Shown piece by piece: positions 30,579-41,141 of a DNA stretch of 64,000 nt. The stretch's first letter is position 1. Every line of letters starts with the position of its first letter. The notes below the pieces were generated by a model that saw nothing but the letters and a program-made list of their open reading frames with translations, searched no databases and was not told the origin of the DNA. Origin of the DNA: Flavobacteriales bacterium (GTDB lineage Bacteria > Bacteroidota > Bacteroidia > Flavobacteriales_F > PHOS-HE28). The translations under genes were made by a program, and so were the position numbers. The stretch spans positions 16,300-80,299 of the forward strand of contig DAORNP010000001.1 in assembly GCA_035441065.1 (NCBI GenBank), given 5' to 3'.

Positions 30579-31800
30579 CCGTCCGCTGCGCCTGTTCGCG
30601 CTGCTGCCGCTGCTGCTGGCAACGGCGCTCGCTTGGGGACAGTCGAAGAAAGAGCTGGAGAAGCGCCGCGACGCGCTGGACAAGCAGATCCGCACGACCA
30701 CCGCGCTGATCGATCAGGCACGCAAGGAGCAGCGCGTCACACAGGAACAACTGCAATTGCTCGAGAGCCAGATCGCCGCGCGCGCGCAGCTGATCCGCGC
30801 CATGGACAACGAGGTGCGCGTTGCCGATGACCGCATCCGCGCCGATGAGGAAGCTATTGCCGCCCTGAAAGCGGACCTGGTCTCCCTGAAAGAGGGATAT
30901 GCGCGCATGATCGCCGCCGCCTATCGCAACCGTAGCGCCTACGACCGTCTCAGCTACCTCTTCGCCAGCAGCAGCTTCCAGCAGGCCTTCCGCCGCAGCC
31001 GGTACATCAACCAATTGGCCGCACAGCGCCGAAGGCAAGCGGTGCTCATCTCCGAGACGCAGGCTTCCTTGGATGAACGCGTGTCTGCTCTGAAAGAACA
31101 ACGACAGGAGAAGGCCGTGCTCCTGAGCGAGCAGGTGCAGGAGAAGCGGAGGCTCGACACCGACCGGGCAGGTCAGCAGCAGGCGCTCAATGGCCTGCGC
31201 AAGGAGGAGAGCCGCTTGCGCGAAACGCAGAAGAAACAGGAGAACCAGCGCCGCGAGCTGGAGGCCGCCATCCGCAAAGCGATTGAGGATGCCGTGAAGC
31301 CCAAGGCCGGAGCGAAGGATGCCAGCGGCAAGCCCGCCAAGCTGGACATCACCCTCACGCCCGAGGCCCGTGAACTGAGCAACGATTTCGAGAAGAACAA
31401 GGGCAAGCTCCCCTGGCCCGTGGAGAAAGGCGTCATAACCGGCCGCTATGGGAAGCAGCCGCATCCTGTCCTCAAGGGCATCGTTATCGACAACAACGGC
31501 ATCGACATCACCACCGAGAAAGGGGCCGGCGTGCGTGCCTTATTCCGCGGTGAAGTCACCAGCGTGATCGTTCTTCCGGGCGCCGGCAAGGCCGTGATCG
31601 TGAGTCATGGCGCGTACCGCACGGTGTACAGCAATCTGGCCAGCGTGAGCGTGGCCAAAGGCGACAAGCTGAGCACCAAGCAGGCCATCGGCACGGTGCT
31701 CACCGGCGACGATGGCGCAGTGGCCCATATCGAGGTCTGGCGCATCACCGCCGACGGCCTGGTGAACGTGGACCCTGCGCTGTGGCTCTATCGCGATTAG
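30562..31800 (+). CDS. M23 peptidase / EnvC-like, right-arm copy.
   Basis: Identical translation to 17883..19121(-). Confidence 0.75.
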   Translation: MNRCLDRPLRLFALLPLLLATALAWGQSKKELEKRRDALDKQIRTTTALIDQARKEQRVTQEQLQLLESQIAARAQLIRAMDNEVRVADDRIRADEEAIAALKADLVSLKEGYARMIAAAYRNRSAYDRLSYLFASSSFQQAFRRSRYINQLAAQRRRQAVLISETQASLDERVSALKEQRQEKAVLLSEQVQEKRRLDTDRAGQQQALNGLRKEESRLRETQKKQENQRRELEAAIRKAIEDAVKPKAGAKDASGKPAKLDITLTPEARELSNDFEKNKGKLPWPVEKGVITGRYGKQPHPVLKGIVIDNNGIDITTEKGAGVRALFRGEVTSVIVLPGAGKAVIVSHGAYRTVYSNLASVSVAKGDKLSTKQAIGTVLTGDDGAVAHIEVWRITADGLVNVDPALWLYRD

Positions 31801-31864
31801 GCCGCCCGAAACGGCTACTTTTGGCCCTGCCTGCCATTCGCAGACGCGCTTCAACCGCACATCC

Positions 31865-32059
31865 ATGAGCCTCTTCCCGTTATCCATCCTGCTGGGCATG
31901 ATCGGCCCGTGGCAGATCGTCCTTATCGTGGTGGTGCTCCTCCTTCTCTTCGGTGGAAAGAAGATCCCCGAACTCATGCGCGGCCTGGGCCAGGGCATGA
32001 AAGAATTCAAGAACGCCAAGGACGGCGTTGAGGGCGAGAAGAAGGACGACGCGAAGTAG
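31865..32059 (+). CDS. tatA: TatA/E, right-arm copy.
   Basis: Identical translation to 17624..17818(-). Confidence 0.8.
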   Translation: MSLFPLSILLGMIGPWQIVLIVVVLLLLFGGKKIPELMRGLGQGMKEFKNAKDGVEGEKKDDAK

Positions 32060-32069
32060 CCCGGCCGTC

Positions 32070-33479
32070 GTGAGCATCCCGAAGACCTTTACCGAGGCCC
32101 GGAAAGCCATTGCCGCAGGCACCACCGTCCGGCAATTGGTCGAAGCCGCAATAGCCGAAGCTGAGCGCCACAAGGACCTCAACGCCTTCTTGGAGCTATT
32201 CCCGGAGAGCGCCTTGGCGAAGGCCGACGAGGTGGATGCGAAGCTGGAGGCGGGTAATGCCGGTGCGCTTGCGGGTATGCTCGTGAGCATTAAGGACAAC
32301 ATCTGCTACAAGGACCACCGCGTAGGTGCCAGCTCACGAATCCTCGAAGGCTTCACCTCGCTCTATAGCGCCACCGTGGTGGAGCGCCTGCTCGCCGCCG
32401 ATGCCGTGATCATCGGTCGCACCAATTGCGACGAATTCGCCATGGGCAGCAGCAACGAGAACAGCGCGTACGGCCTCGTGAAGAATCCGGTGGACACCAC
32501 CAAGGTTCCCGGCGGAAGCAGCGGCGGCGCGGCAGCCAGCGTTGCAGCGGGCCTCGTGCATGTGGCCTTGGGCAGCGATACCGGCGGCAGCATCCGGCAA
32601 CCCGCATCGTTCACGGGCACGGTCGGCTTCAAGCCCACTTATGGCCGCGTGAGCCGCTACGGCCTCATCGCCTTCGCCAGCAGCTTCGATCAGATCGGCC
32701 CCTTCGCGCACGATGTGGACGACACTACCGCCGTTTACAGCGCCATCGCTGGCAGCGATCCGCACGACAGCACCACCAGCCGCAAGCCGAATGAAACCAT
32801 CGTGCTCGGCGATCCAGGCAAGTTGCGCATCGGCTACTTCCGCGAAGGGGTGGAGCGCGAGGGCATGGACCCTGAAGTGGTGGCTCACTTGCAGGCACAG
32901 ATCGATCGCCTGCGCCACGAAGGCCACACGGTTGAGCCGGTCGAAGTGCCGCTGCTCGATCATCAAGTGCCCACCTATTACATCCTGGCAACCGCTGAGG
33001 CCAGCAGCAACCTCGCGCGCTTCGATGGCATTCACTTCGGGCATCGCAGCGCAGTCGCCAAGGGCGTTGAAGAGACCTATCGCCTCAGCCGCAGCGAGGG
33101 CTTCGGCCCGGAGGTGAAACGGCGCATCCTGCTCGGCACATTCGTCTTGAGCTCTGGCTACTACGATGCCTACTACGCCAAGGCCCAGCGTGTGCGCCGC
33201 ATCCTGCGCGATCGCACACTAGAGGCCTTCGGGCACTACGACCTGCTCATCGGCCCCACCTGCCCCAGCACTGCATTCGCGCCCGGCGAGATCACCGATC
33301 CCGTGGCCATGTACCTGCAGGACATCTTCACCGTTCAGGCCAATCTGGTAGGCGCGCCAGCCATCAGCCTGCCCACCGGCAAGCACAGCAATGGACTGCC
33401 CTTCGGATTGCAGCTCATGGCGAAGCCCTTCGATGAAGCGCGCTTGCTGGCGGCGGCCAAGTCGTTGTTCGGGGCGTAA
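32070..33479 (+). CDS. gatA: GatA amidotransferase subunit A, right-arm copy.
   Basis: GTG at 32070 (VSIPKTF). Identical to the left copy. Confidence 0.9.
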   Translation: MSIPKTFTEARKAIAAGTTVRQLVEAAIAEAERHKDLNAFLELFPESALAKADEVDAKLEAGNAGALAGMLVSIKDNICYKDHRVGASSRILEGFTSLYSATVVERLLAADAVIIGRTNCDEFAMGSSNENSAYGLVKNPVDTTKVPGGSSGGAAASVAAGLVHVALGSDTGGSIRQPASFTGTVGFKPTYGRVSRYGLIAFASSFDQIGPFAHDVDDTTAVYSAIAGSDPHDSTTSRKPNETIVLGDPGKLRIGYFREGVEREGMDPEVVAHLQAQIDRLRHEGHTVEPVEVPLLDHQVPTYYILATAEASSNLARFDGIHFGHRSAVAKGVEETYRLSRSEGFGPEVKRRILLGTFVLSSGYYDAYYAKAQRVRRILRDRTLEAFGHYDLLIGPTCPSTAFAPGEITDPVAMYLQDIFTVQANLVGAPAISLPTGKHSNGLPFGLQLMAKPFDEARLLAAAKSLFGA

Positions 33480-33556
33480 CGTCCACACCTTGTTGTGAAC
33501 GAACCGCTCGCATACGATGGCGAGCCTTCCTGCGTCTTACAGATACCTTCGGCACC

Positions 33557-35023
33557 ATGCCTTTCACGCTTCGCCACCTCGCTTTCGCATTGCTGCTGCC
33601 TTCGGCCGCACTCGCGCAGAACGATCCTGGCCCTTTGGCCCTTCCGGCCGACGACCCCATCATGGCAAGGCTCGATGACCTGGCCAACCTGCATTGGATC
33701 AAGCATTCGCCATTCACCACCGATACGGCCCACCACAACGTGCACGGCTTCGCAGCCGATCACGTGCCCGCATGGACGGAAGCTGATATGCGCCACCGCC
33801 TGGCCGTTCTGGATGCCAATACCCCGTTCGAACTCGTTTACAACCGCGTAGTGCAGTCGTACATCGACCTGTACGTGGTGCGCAAACGCGAAATGAGCTC
33901 GCGCATGCTCGGCCTCGCGGAGCTCTACTTCCCCACCTTCGAGCAGCACCTGGACCGTCACCGCATCCCGTTGGAAATGAAGTACCTGGCGGTGATCGAA
34001 AGCGCGCTCAATCCGAGTGCGCGATCGCGCGCTGGAGCCGTGGGCCTGTGGCAATTCATGCTGCCCACCGGCAAGCTCTATGGCTTGAAGGCCGATAGTT
34101 ACATCGATGAGCGGCACGATGTGTACAAGAGCACCGAGGCGGCCTGCCGTTACCTCAACTACCTGTACAAGCTTTACGGGAATTGGGAGCTCGCGATGGC
34201 CGCCTACAACTGCGGCCCCGGCAATGTGAACAAAGCCATCCGCCGCGCAGGCGGGGTGAAGGATTACTGGAAGATCTACGACTACCTGCCGCGCGAGACA
34301 CGCGGCTATGTGCCTGCCTTCATCGCGGTGAATTACCTGTTCGCGCACCATGCTGACCACAACCTCTACCCCATCGCGCCCACGTATTGCGCCTACGAGG
34401 TGGATACCGTGCAGGTGTGCTTCCCGCTCGATCTCGCTGCGATCGCAGTGCTCAGCGGCGGCACCGTGCAAGAACTGCGCGAACTGAATCCGATGCTGAA
34501 GCTTGGTGTGGTGCCCGATGTGGATCAGCCCATCACCGTCTATCTGCCGAAGGATGCCGTTCCCATCTTCATCAGCAACGAGGACGTGCTGCGCTACAGC
34601 TACTACGCTGCGAATCCCGGGACCAAGCCGCCTGTTGCTGTCGATCGCCCCACTCCCGCCACTGAGCGGCACGCCGAACGGCACCACACCGTGCGCAAGG
34701 GTGAATCGCTCGGAAGCATCGCGAAGCGCTATGGCATGAGCGTGCAGCAGCTCCGCCAGCTGAACGGCCTGCGCAACGACATGATCAGGCCGGGTCAGAA
34801 ACTGCTCCTGAAGCGCAGCACTTCCGCTACGGAGCGCACCGCTCAAGCCGCGCCGCACTCGGATGCCAGCGGCTATCACATGGTGCAGCCCGGCGATACG
34901 CTCTGGAGCATCGCGCAACGGTACCCCGGCGTGAGCGTCGATGACCTGCGCCGGATGAACGATGGACTGCCCAACGGACTGAAGCCGGGTTCGCGCATCC
35001 GCGTGAGCGCACCGAAAGGATGA
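33557..35023 (+). CDS. MltD-like lytic transglycosylase with LysM domains, right-arm copy.
   Basis: Identical translation to 14660..16126(-). Confidence 0.8.
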   Translation: MPFTLRHLAFALLLPSAALAQNDPGPLALPADDPIMARLDDLANLHWIKHSPFTTDTAHHNVHGFAADHVPAWTEADMRHRLAVLDANTPFELVYNRVVQSYIDLYVVRKREMSSRMLGLAELYFPTFEQHLDRHRIPLEMKYLAVIESALNPSARSRAGAVGLWQFMLPTGKLYGLKADSYIDERHDVYKSTEAACRYLNYLYKLYGNWELAMAAYNCGPGNVNKAIRRAGGVKDYWKIYDYLPRETRGYVPAFIAVNYLFAHHADHNLYPIAPTYCAYEVDTVQVCFPLDLAAIAVLSGGTVQELRELNPMLKLGVVPDVDQPITVYLPKDAVPIFISNEDVLRYSYYAANPGTKPPVAVDRPTPATERHAERHHTVRKGESLGSIAKRYGMSVQQLRQLNGLRNDMIRPGQKLLLKRSTSATERTAQAAPHSDASGYHMVQPGDTLWSIAQRYPGVSVDDLRRMNDGLPNGLKPGSRIRVSAPKG

Positions 35024-36057
35024 TGCGCCACGCACTATTCATTCTGCTGTCGCTGGTAATCGTGACCGGTTGCGACGATGCGCGCAAACGATTGCCCGAT
35101 AGCGCAGGTGGGCCCGATGAGGTGCTCGTGGTGATGAGCAAGGGGCATTGGGAGAGTGAGCCCGGCGCTCATGTGCGCGCGATTCTCGAACAGCCCATGC
35201 AAGGACTACCGCAGCAGGAGGCGCTCTTCCGCGTAGCGCAATGCCGCCCGGAGGATTTCGCTTCGATGCTGCAGAGCCATCACAGCGTTCTTTACGCCGC
35301 GTTCGGAGAGGACAGCTCCGGTTTCCGCTTGCTGCGCGATCAGCACGCACGCGGCCAATTGGTGGTGCGGGTCGGGGCCAGCACGCCTGAAGCATGGAAC
35401 GCCCTGTGGGATGCCAATGCCGATGAGGCCATCAATGCCTTCAGCGACCACCATCGCGCGCGCATCGGTGCACGCCTGAAGCGCGAGAGGGATGCGGCGC
35501 TCGCGAGCAGTTTGCACGCTTCGCTCGGCATCGAGCTCGATGTGCCCGGCGGCTATCGCCTGATGAAGCAGGACTCCGTGATCACCTGGCTCCAGCGCGA
35601 CCGCATCGTGGCCGGCGGTGGATTGGAGCACAACGTGATCGAGGGCGTGCTCATCCATCGGCACCCTTACATCAGCAGCAGCGCGTGGACGGTGCCCTAC
35701 CTGGTTGACCTTCGTGATGCCGCCACCAGGAACCGCGTCGATGGCCCAGATCCCGGATCATACATGGTGGTTCGCCGATCATTCGAGCAGCTTGACCTGA
35801 TGCCCATTGGTCGCGCAGTGCAGCTCGATGGCCGATTCGCCTATCTCATGAGCGGCCTCTATGGCATGCACGGCGCCAAGATGGGCGGACCCTTCGTGAG
35901 CCTGAGCACGCTCGATCCCAGCGGTGGTACCATCGTTACGGTTGAAGGATTCGCGTATGCGCCGCAGTTCGACAAGCGCCCTTACGTGCGCGAGCTTGAA
36001 GCATTGATCTTCTCGCTGCGCTTCAGCAATATGGGCATCGTTGCCCCAGCGCAATAG
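35020..36057 (+). CDS. Lipoprotein of unknown function, right-arm copy.
   Basis: Identical translation to 13626..14663(-). Confidence 0.4.
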   Translation: MMRHALFILLSLVIVTGCDDARKRLPDSAGGPDEVLVVMSKGHWESEPGAHVRAILEQPMQGLPQQEALFRVAQCRPEDFASMLQSHHSVLYAAFGEDSSGFRLLRDQHARGQLVVRVGASTPEAWNALWDANADEAINAFSDHHRARIGARLKRERDAALASSLHASLGIELDVPGGYRLMKQDSVITWLQRDRIVAGGGLEHNVIEGVLIHRHPYISSSAWTVPYLVDLRDAATRNRVDGPDPGSYMVVRRSFEQLDLMPIGRAVQLDGRFAYLMSGLYGMHGAKMGGPFVSLSTLDPSGGTIVTVEGFAYAPQFDKRPYVRELEALIFSLRFSNMGIVAPAQ

Positions 36058-36106
36058 CGCATCGGCGCTCTCCGTTTTTCCACAGGTTGGTCCGCGCTGT
36101 TGAAAA

Positions 36107-36403
36107 ATGATCCGGCGCCCCGGCACCGCACTCGCCTACTTTTCCGCTGTCGCCAACGCCATGGAAATCGCCAATCTGAAGAAGTACGCGCACCAGCACT
36201 GCCGCTTCAAGCTGCGCGGCGGCAAGGAGGTCTATGGCGTGGTCTGGGAAGTGGAGACAAGTGAAACCGCTGGGGCGGATGGCACCAAGCGCCTCTTCTT
36301 CGCCAGTGTGCGCGATTACGAGCGGCTCTCGCAGGGCTCACCTGCGCAAGTAATCCCCATCACTCCGGCCGATATCGTCTCCGCCGAGAGCATCGCGAGC
36401 TGA
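36107..36403 (+). CDS. Hypothetical small protein, right-arm copy.
   Basis: Identical translation to 13280..13576(-). Confidence 0.3.
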   Translation: MIRRPGTALAYFSAVANAMEIANLKKYAHQHCRFKLRGGKEVYGVVWEVETSETAGADGTKRLFFASVRDYERLSQGSPAQVIPITPADIVSAESIAS

Positions 36404-36409
36404 GCGCGC

Positions 36410-37879
36410 ATGCGCAAGTTCCTTTTCCTGCTTCTCATCGCGGCCTGCCATGCGCCGCAACGCGAAGCAACCAGCCGTTGGGCCGATGAAAGGCTTTGGC
36501 CGGTTCTGGAAGCACAAGAGCACCGCGACACGAAGAAGCTCTGTGATCTGCTGAAGGATGCCAATCCCGTTGTGCGTGAAGCTGCGGCGCTGGCCTTCTC
36601 GAGTGTGCAGGATTCGCTCGGCGTGCCCTGTTTGCTGGGAGCCTTGCGCGATGATGTCGCCGAGGTGCGCGCGGCATCGGCCTTCGCATTGACCTGGGTT
36701 GCGGACACCGTTGTGGTCCGCGCGCTGAATGCCGCGCTCGAGGCTGAAGCAGACAGCGCCGCACGTATCGTGGTGCTGCATGCTGCTTTCCGCGCCGAGC
36801 TCAATGCGCAGGAGCACGATGCCCTGTGGCTCATCGGCTTCTTGGAGAACGATGATGCCGTTATCCGCCTGCTGGCGGCGCAGAAGCTGGCGCGCAGCAA
36901 ATCGGCACTCGCTGATTTGGAGCATGGTGTGCTGCACGCGACGCATGTCGAAGCTGATCCGGAGGTGCGCGCATTCCTCGTGCAGTCGTTGCGCCGCGGT
37001 TCGCTCCCGGCCTCACTCGATTCACTTCGGAAATGGACTGCCTCCGACAAGAGCGCTAGTGTCCGCATTGCGGCGATCAGGGCTTTGGCGAAGCGCGTTG
37101 ACACGCCATCATTCGAACTCCTCGAAGCGCTGAAAAGCTCAACTCCAGGAATCCGAATGACAGCACTGGACGCAATCAAGGCGCAGTCTTTCGTCGATGC
37201 AGAACTGTGCGTGCGAATGGCCGGATCAAGCACCGACACGCTCGTTCGCATCGGCATGCTCGGGCTGGCACGTAAGCATGGTCCGCTCGAATCGTCGATA
37301 ACAAGCCGCAAGGCGCTCAACCGCATCGGGCCAGTCACCGACGACCCCTATCGCATGAGCTCGCTTCTTGAAGCGCTCAGCTTCGCGGCAGACGCAGAAG
37401 AGTTCGATGACCTCCGGGCGATTCTGCAATCAAACGAGCACCCAGCTCTTCGTCACGCCGCATTTCAAGGCATGGTCCGCGTCATTCGCGAGAACATGAT
37501 GCGCTCCCGTTTCGCGTCGCGCGAGGCGCAATACGCTCAGCTGAGCGAGGTGGTCGCTTCTGCAATCACAACGGGTGATGCCGGACTCATCTGCGCCGTT
37601 GCAGAGTTGCTCCAGGAGGAAGAAGCCGACGCCATCCGCATTCTCCTTCCGGTTGGACTAGAGCAGCGAGCGCTCGCCACGCTTCAGCCCATACAAGACC
37701 TCGAAGCACTCCTCTTGCTTCGGCAAGCAACGGCCAAACGCGATGGCCTTCCTCTCCAGCGCATGAGCGCCCATCCTTCAATCACCCCATCAACAAGGAG
37801 AAGCTCCGCGCGCTGGAGCAGGGCCAGCGCTACCGCATCATCACCGGCAAGGGCGATATCATCATCGCCACCGATGTGA
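36410..37879 (+). CDS. HEAT-repeat lipoprotein, right-arm copy.
   Basis: Identical translation to 11804..13273(-). Confidence 0.65.
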   Translation: MRKFLFLLLIAACHAPQREATSRWADERLWPVLEAQEHRDTKKLCDLLKDANPVVREAAALAFSSVQDSLGVPCLLGALRDDVAEVRAASAFALTWVADTVVVRALNAALEAEADSAARIVVLHAAFRAELNAQEHDALWLIGFLENDDAVIRLLAAQKLARSKSALADLEHGVLHATHVEADPEVRAFLVQSLRRGSLPASLDSLRKWTASDKSASVRIAAIRALAKRVDTPSFELLEALKSSTPGIRMTALDAIKAQSFVDAELCVRMAGSSTDTLVRIGMLGLARKHGPLESSITSRKALNRIGPVTDDPYRMSSLLEALSFAADAEEFDDLRAILQSNEHPALRHAAFQGMVRVIRENMMRSRFASREAQYAQLSEVVASAITTGDAGLICAVAELLQEEEADAIRILLPVGLEQRALATLQPIQDLEALLLLRQATAKRDGLPLQRMSAHPSITPSTRRSSARWSRASATASSPARAISSSPPM

Positions 37880-38244
37880 ACGACTGCCCGGGCAGCAGCC
37901 TCGCGTTCGATTCGTTGGTGACCGCAGGCTATTACGATGGCAAGGCCTTCCACCGCATGGTGCCCAACTTCGTGGTTCAGGGCGGCTGCCCGCGCGGCGA
38001 TGGCTACGGCGGCATGCCGTGGACCTTGCGCACAGAGATTGGTCGCAAACTGTTCACCGCAGGTTCAGTAGGACTTGCTTCCGCAGGCCCCGATACGGAG
38101 AGCTGCCAGTTCTTCATCACGCATAGTGCTGCGCCGCATCTCGATGGCCGTTACACGCGCTTTGGTGAGGTGCTGAGCGGTATGGATGTGGTGTGGGAAC
38201 TACAGGTGGGCGATGTGATCTCGCGGGTGAAGCGACTTCCTTAA
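37876..38244 (+). CDS. Cyclophilin-type PPIase, right-arm copy (N-terminus unresolved).
   Basis: Identical translation to 11439..11807(-). The same in-frame startless N-terminal extension is present. Confidence 0.7.
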   Translation: MNDCPGSSLAFDSLVTAGYYDGKAFHRMVPNFVVQGGCPRGDGYGGMPWTLRTEIGRKLFTAGSVGLASAGPDTESCQFFITHSAAPHLDGRYTRFGEVLSGMDVVWELQVGDVISRVKRLP

Positions 38245-39755
38245 TCCACCCTCTCCGGCCGCATCTGCGGGAAGAACAGCACCTCCTGGATCGCCGGGTT
38301 ATTGGTGAGCAGCATCACCAGACGATCCAAGCCGATTCCCACGCCGCTGGTCGGCGGCATGCCGTACTCCAGCGCGCGCAGGAAATCCTGGTCGATGAAC
38401 ATGGCCTCGTCGTCGCCGCGCGCTTGCAGCTTCAGCTGCTCCTCGAAGCGCTCACGCTGATCAATGGGGTCGTTCAGCTCGCTGTAAGCATTGGCCAGCT
38501 CGAAGCCGTTCACGAAGAGCTCGAAGCGCTCGGTGAGGCGCTCATCGTCGCGGTGCTTCTTGCACAGCGGGCTCATCTCCACCGGGAAGTCGGTGACGAA
38601 GGTGGGCTGGATCAACTCCGGCTGCACCAGCGCGCTGAACAGCTCGTCGATGAGCTTGCCCTTGCCCATCGTGGGCTCCACGTGGATGTGGTGCTTCGCG
38701 CAAAGTGAGCGCAACGCGGCCTCATCCATCTCCAGCACATCGGCACCGGTCTTCTCCTGGATGCTGCCACACATGGTGATGCGCTTGAAGGGCGCCGTGA
38801 ATTGGATCGTGTTCGTGGTGAAGGCTGCGGATGAAGTGCCATTCGCCGCGATGCACACGCGTTCGAGCATGCGCTCCATGAAGTCCATCATCCAGCGGTA
38901 GTCCTTATAGGCCACGTACAGCTCCATGATGGTGAACTCCGGGTTGTGCGTGCGGTCCATGCCCTCGTTGCGGAAGTTGCGGCTAAACTCGAACACGCCA
39001 TCGAAGCCGCCCACGATGAGGCGCTTGAGGTAGAGTTCGTTGGCGATGCGCAGATAGAGCGGAATGTCCAACGCGTTGTGGTGCGTGATGAAGGGACGCG
39101 CCGCTGCCCCGCCGGGGATGGGCTGCAGCACGGGCGTCTCCACCTCGTGATAGCCTGCCTCGGTCATGAATGCGCGCATCGCGCTCACGATCCGCGAGCG
39201 CTTGAGGAAGGTCTCCTTCACCTGCGGATTCACGATCAGGTCCACGTAGCGCATGCGGTAGCGCAGCTCGGGGTCGGTGAAGGCATCGTGCACCTTGCCT
39301 TCCTCATCGGTCTTCACCACGGGCAGCGGGCGCAGGGCCTTGCCGAGCATGGTGAGCTTCTCCACATGAACGGTGATCTCCCCAGTGCGCGTCTTGAACA
39401 CGAAGCCCTCCACACCGATGAAGTCGCCCAAGTGCAGCAGGTGCTTCCAGGCCTCATCGTAGAGCCGCTTATCGTCGCCGGGACAGATGCTGTCGCGGGC
39501 GATGTAGATCTGCTGGTCACCGGTATGGTCGCGCAGCACGGCGAAGCTGGCCTTGCCCATGAGGCGCACGCTCATGATGCGCCCGGCGAGCGTGACGCGA
39601 TTCGGACCGCCTTCCTCCTTGAAAAGCCCCTTCACCTCCTGCGCAGTGGCGGTCACATTGAATTCGGCGGCGGGGAAGGGCTCGATGCCAAGGGCGCGGA
39701 GCTTCTGGAGCGCCTCGCGGCGGATGAGCTCCTGATCGGAAAGGACATGTGTCAT
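38241..39755 (-). CDS. lysS: Lysine--tRNA ligase, right-arm copy.
   Basis: Identical translation to 9928..11442(+). Confidence 0.95.
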   Translation of the reverse strand: MTHVLSDQELIRREALQKLRALGIEPFPAAEFNVTATAQEVKGLFKEEGGPNRVTLAGRIMSVRLMGKASFAVLRDHTGDQQIYIARDSICPGDDKRLYDEAWKHLLHLGDFIGVEGFVFKTRTGEITVHVEKLTMLGKALRPLPVVKTDEEGKVHDAFTDPELRYRMRYVDLIVNPQVKETFLKRSRIVSAMRAFMTEAGYHEVETPVLQPIPGGAAARPFITHHNALDIPLYLRIANELYLKRLIVGGFDGVFEFSRNFRNEGMDRTHNPEFTIMELYVAYKDYRWMMDFMERMLERVCIAANGTSSAAFTTNTIQFTAPFKRITMCGSIQEKTGADVLEMDEAALRSLCAKHHIHVEPTMGKGKLIDELFSALVQPELIQPTFVTDFPVEMSPLCKKHRDDERLTERFELFVNGFELANAYSELNDPIDQRERFEEQLKLQARGDDEAMFIDQDFLRALEYGMPPTSGVGIGLDRLVMLLTNNPAIQEVLFFPQMRPERVD

Positions 39756-39822
39756 TCGTTCTGGAAAGAGGCGGCGAAGGTATCCGAGGCGGCCGCTTTA
39801 GACTTCGGCTCATTCATCCACC

Positions 39823-40449
39823 ATGCGTTGGACCATCCTACTGGCACTACCCATCGGGCTCTTGCTGCTTGGAACCCATTCAGGAAAGCGAAAAGCAGAG
39901 CGTTCGCGTCAGGCAGCATCGGTGGGACACTCCTTCCCTGAATTCAGCGGCAACTCCCTTCGGGGCGAAACATGGAGCAATGCGCTGTTCAAGGACAAGG
40001 TCACCCTCGTGAGCTTTTGGCGAATTGGCTGCGGTGCTTGCATGCTGGAGATGCCTGCCTATGATGCGCTGCTGGATTCGATCCGCGACAGGCGTTTCCG
40101 GATCATCTCCATGGCGCCGCATACACCGGACGAGCTCGAGGACTTCTACTCAACCGAGAGCGATGCCTCCATTGCACAGGTGCGCAACGCCATGGGTGGC
40201 ATCATACCGCGCTATGATGTGCTGCCGATGTGCTCCACCAAGCGCTTCAAGAAGCCTGGCGAGCTTGGCGTGCAATGCGGCACATTGGAGAAGCTCTTCG
40301 GCGCCGACGGTTTCCCGGTGACCCTGATCGTGGGTCCTGATGGCATCATCCGGCATCGCCATGAGGGACTGCCCGTGGATAGGAGCACCATGCGGCCCGC
40401 ACTGGATGGATTCCGGCGCGAATTGGATTCGCTGATCCGGGCCCTTTGA
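39823..40449 (+). CDS. TlpA-like thiol-disulfide oxidoreductase, right-arm copy.
   Basis: Identical translation to 9234..9860(-). Confidence 0.55.
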   Translation: MRWTILLALPIGLLLLGTHSGKRKAERSRQAASVGHSFPEFSGNSLRGETWSNALFKDKVTLVSFWRIGCGACMLEMPAYDALLDSIRDRRFRIISMAPHTPDELEDFYSTESDASIAQVRNAMGGIIPRYDVLPMCSTKRFKKPGELGVQCGTLEKLFGADGFPVTLIVGPDGIIRHRHEGLPVDRSTMRPALDGFRRELDSLIRAL

Positions 40450-40454
40450 AGCAA

Positions 40455-40832
40455 CTACTGCAACTTCAACCCCTTAATGCCCTCGAAGTCCTTGCGGTTG
40501 AGCGTGAGCAGCGCGCAGCCATGCGCTATCGCTGTTGATGCGATCAGCAGGTCGCCGAAACGGCCCCCACGCATCAATTCGTGTTGTCGGCTGAGTTCCC
40601 GGAAAAGCAGCGAGACCTCCATGGTGAAAGGCAGCACATGGAAGCCGCCGTGCAGGTCGCTCCAAATCCGCTCGTGCTCGGCCTTGTTGCGGGCGCCATC
40701 CAGGACCTCAGCCACGACCATGTCGCAGAGCACCGGCGTTGCGCCCTGCAGACGGTCATAGGCCTCGAATGCCGCGGTTTGCTTCCGCATGCGACCGATA
40801 AGGATGCTGGTGTCAATCAGGACCGCTTCCAT
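40455..40832 (-). CDS. vapC: VapC PIN toxin, right-arm copy.
   Basis: Mirror of 8851..9228(+). Confidence 0.7.
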   Translation of the reverse strand: MEAVLIDTSILIGRMRKQTAAFEAYDRLQGATPVLCDMVVAEVLDGARNKAEHERIWSDLHGGFHVLPFTMEVSLLFRELSRQHELMRGGRFGDLLIASTAIAHGCALLTLNRKDFEGIKGLKLQ

Positions 40833-41035
40833 ACGCGACGGCGGATTTCCCGGGCATCCACATCTCGTCCTTCCCAAATCCCATCCAATTGCGCGAACGG
40901 GTCCTTTTTGGACTTGTCCTCTCGCTCGATGAACTCTGAAAAAACGGCCGAGATGCTCGTGTTGCGCCTGCGACTCAATGCCCGGGCCTTGCGCTTCACG
41001 CGTTCATCCACGAGCAGGGTGAGTTTGGTCTTCAT
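40817..41035 (-). CDS. vapB: RHH antitoxin, right-arm copy.
   Basis: Mirror of 8648..8866(+). Confidence 0.55.
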   Translation of the reverse strand: MKTKLTLLVDERVKRKARALSRRRNTSISAVFSEFIEREDKSKKDPFAQLDGIWEGRDVDAREIRRRVWKRS

Positions 41036-41141
41036 GGCACGTATGGATGGCCAAATGTACGTACGATGCTTGCCAGCGGCAACCAGCGGTGCATCAATGC
41101 CGTATCAGCGCCCCTAATTTCGACCCCGCATCAACGCACCC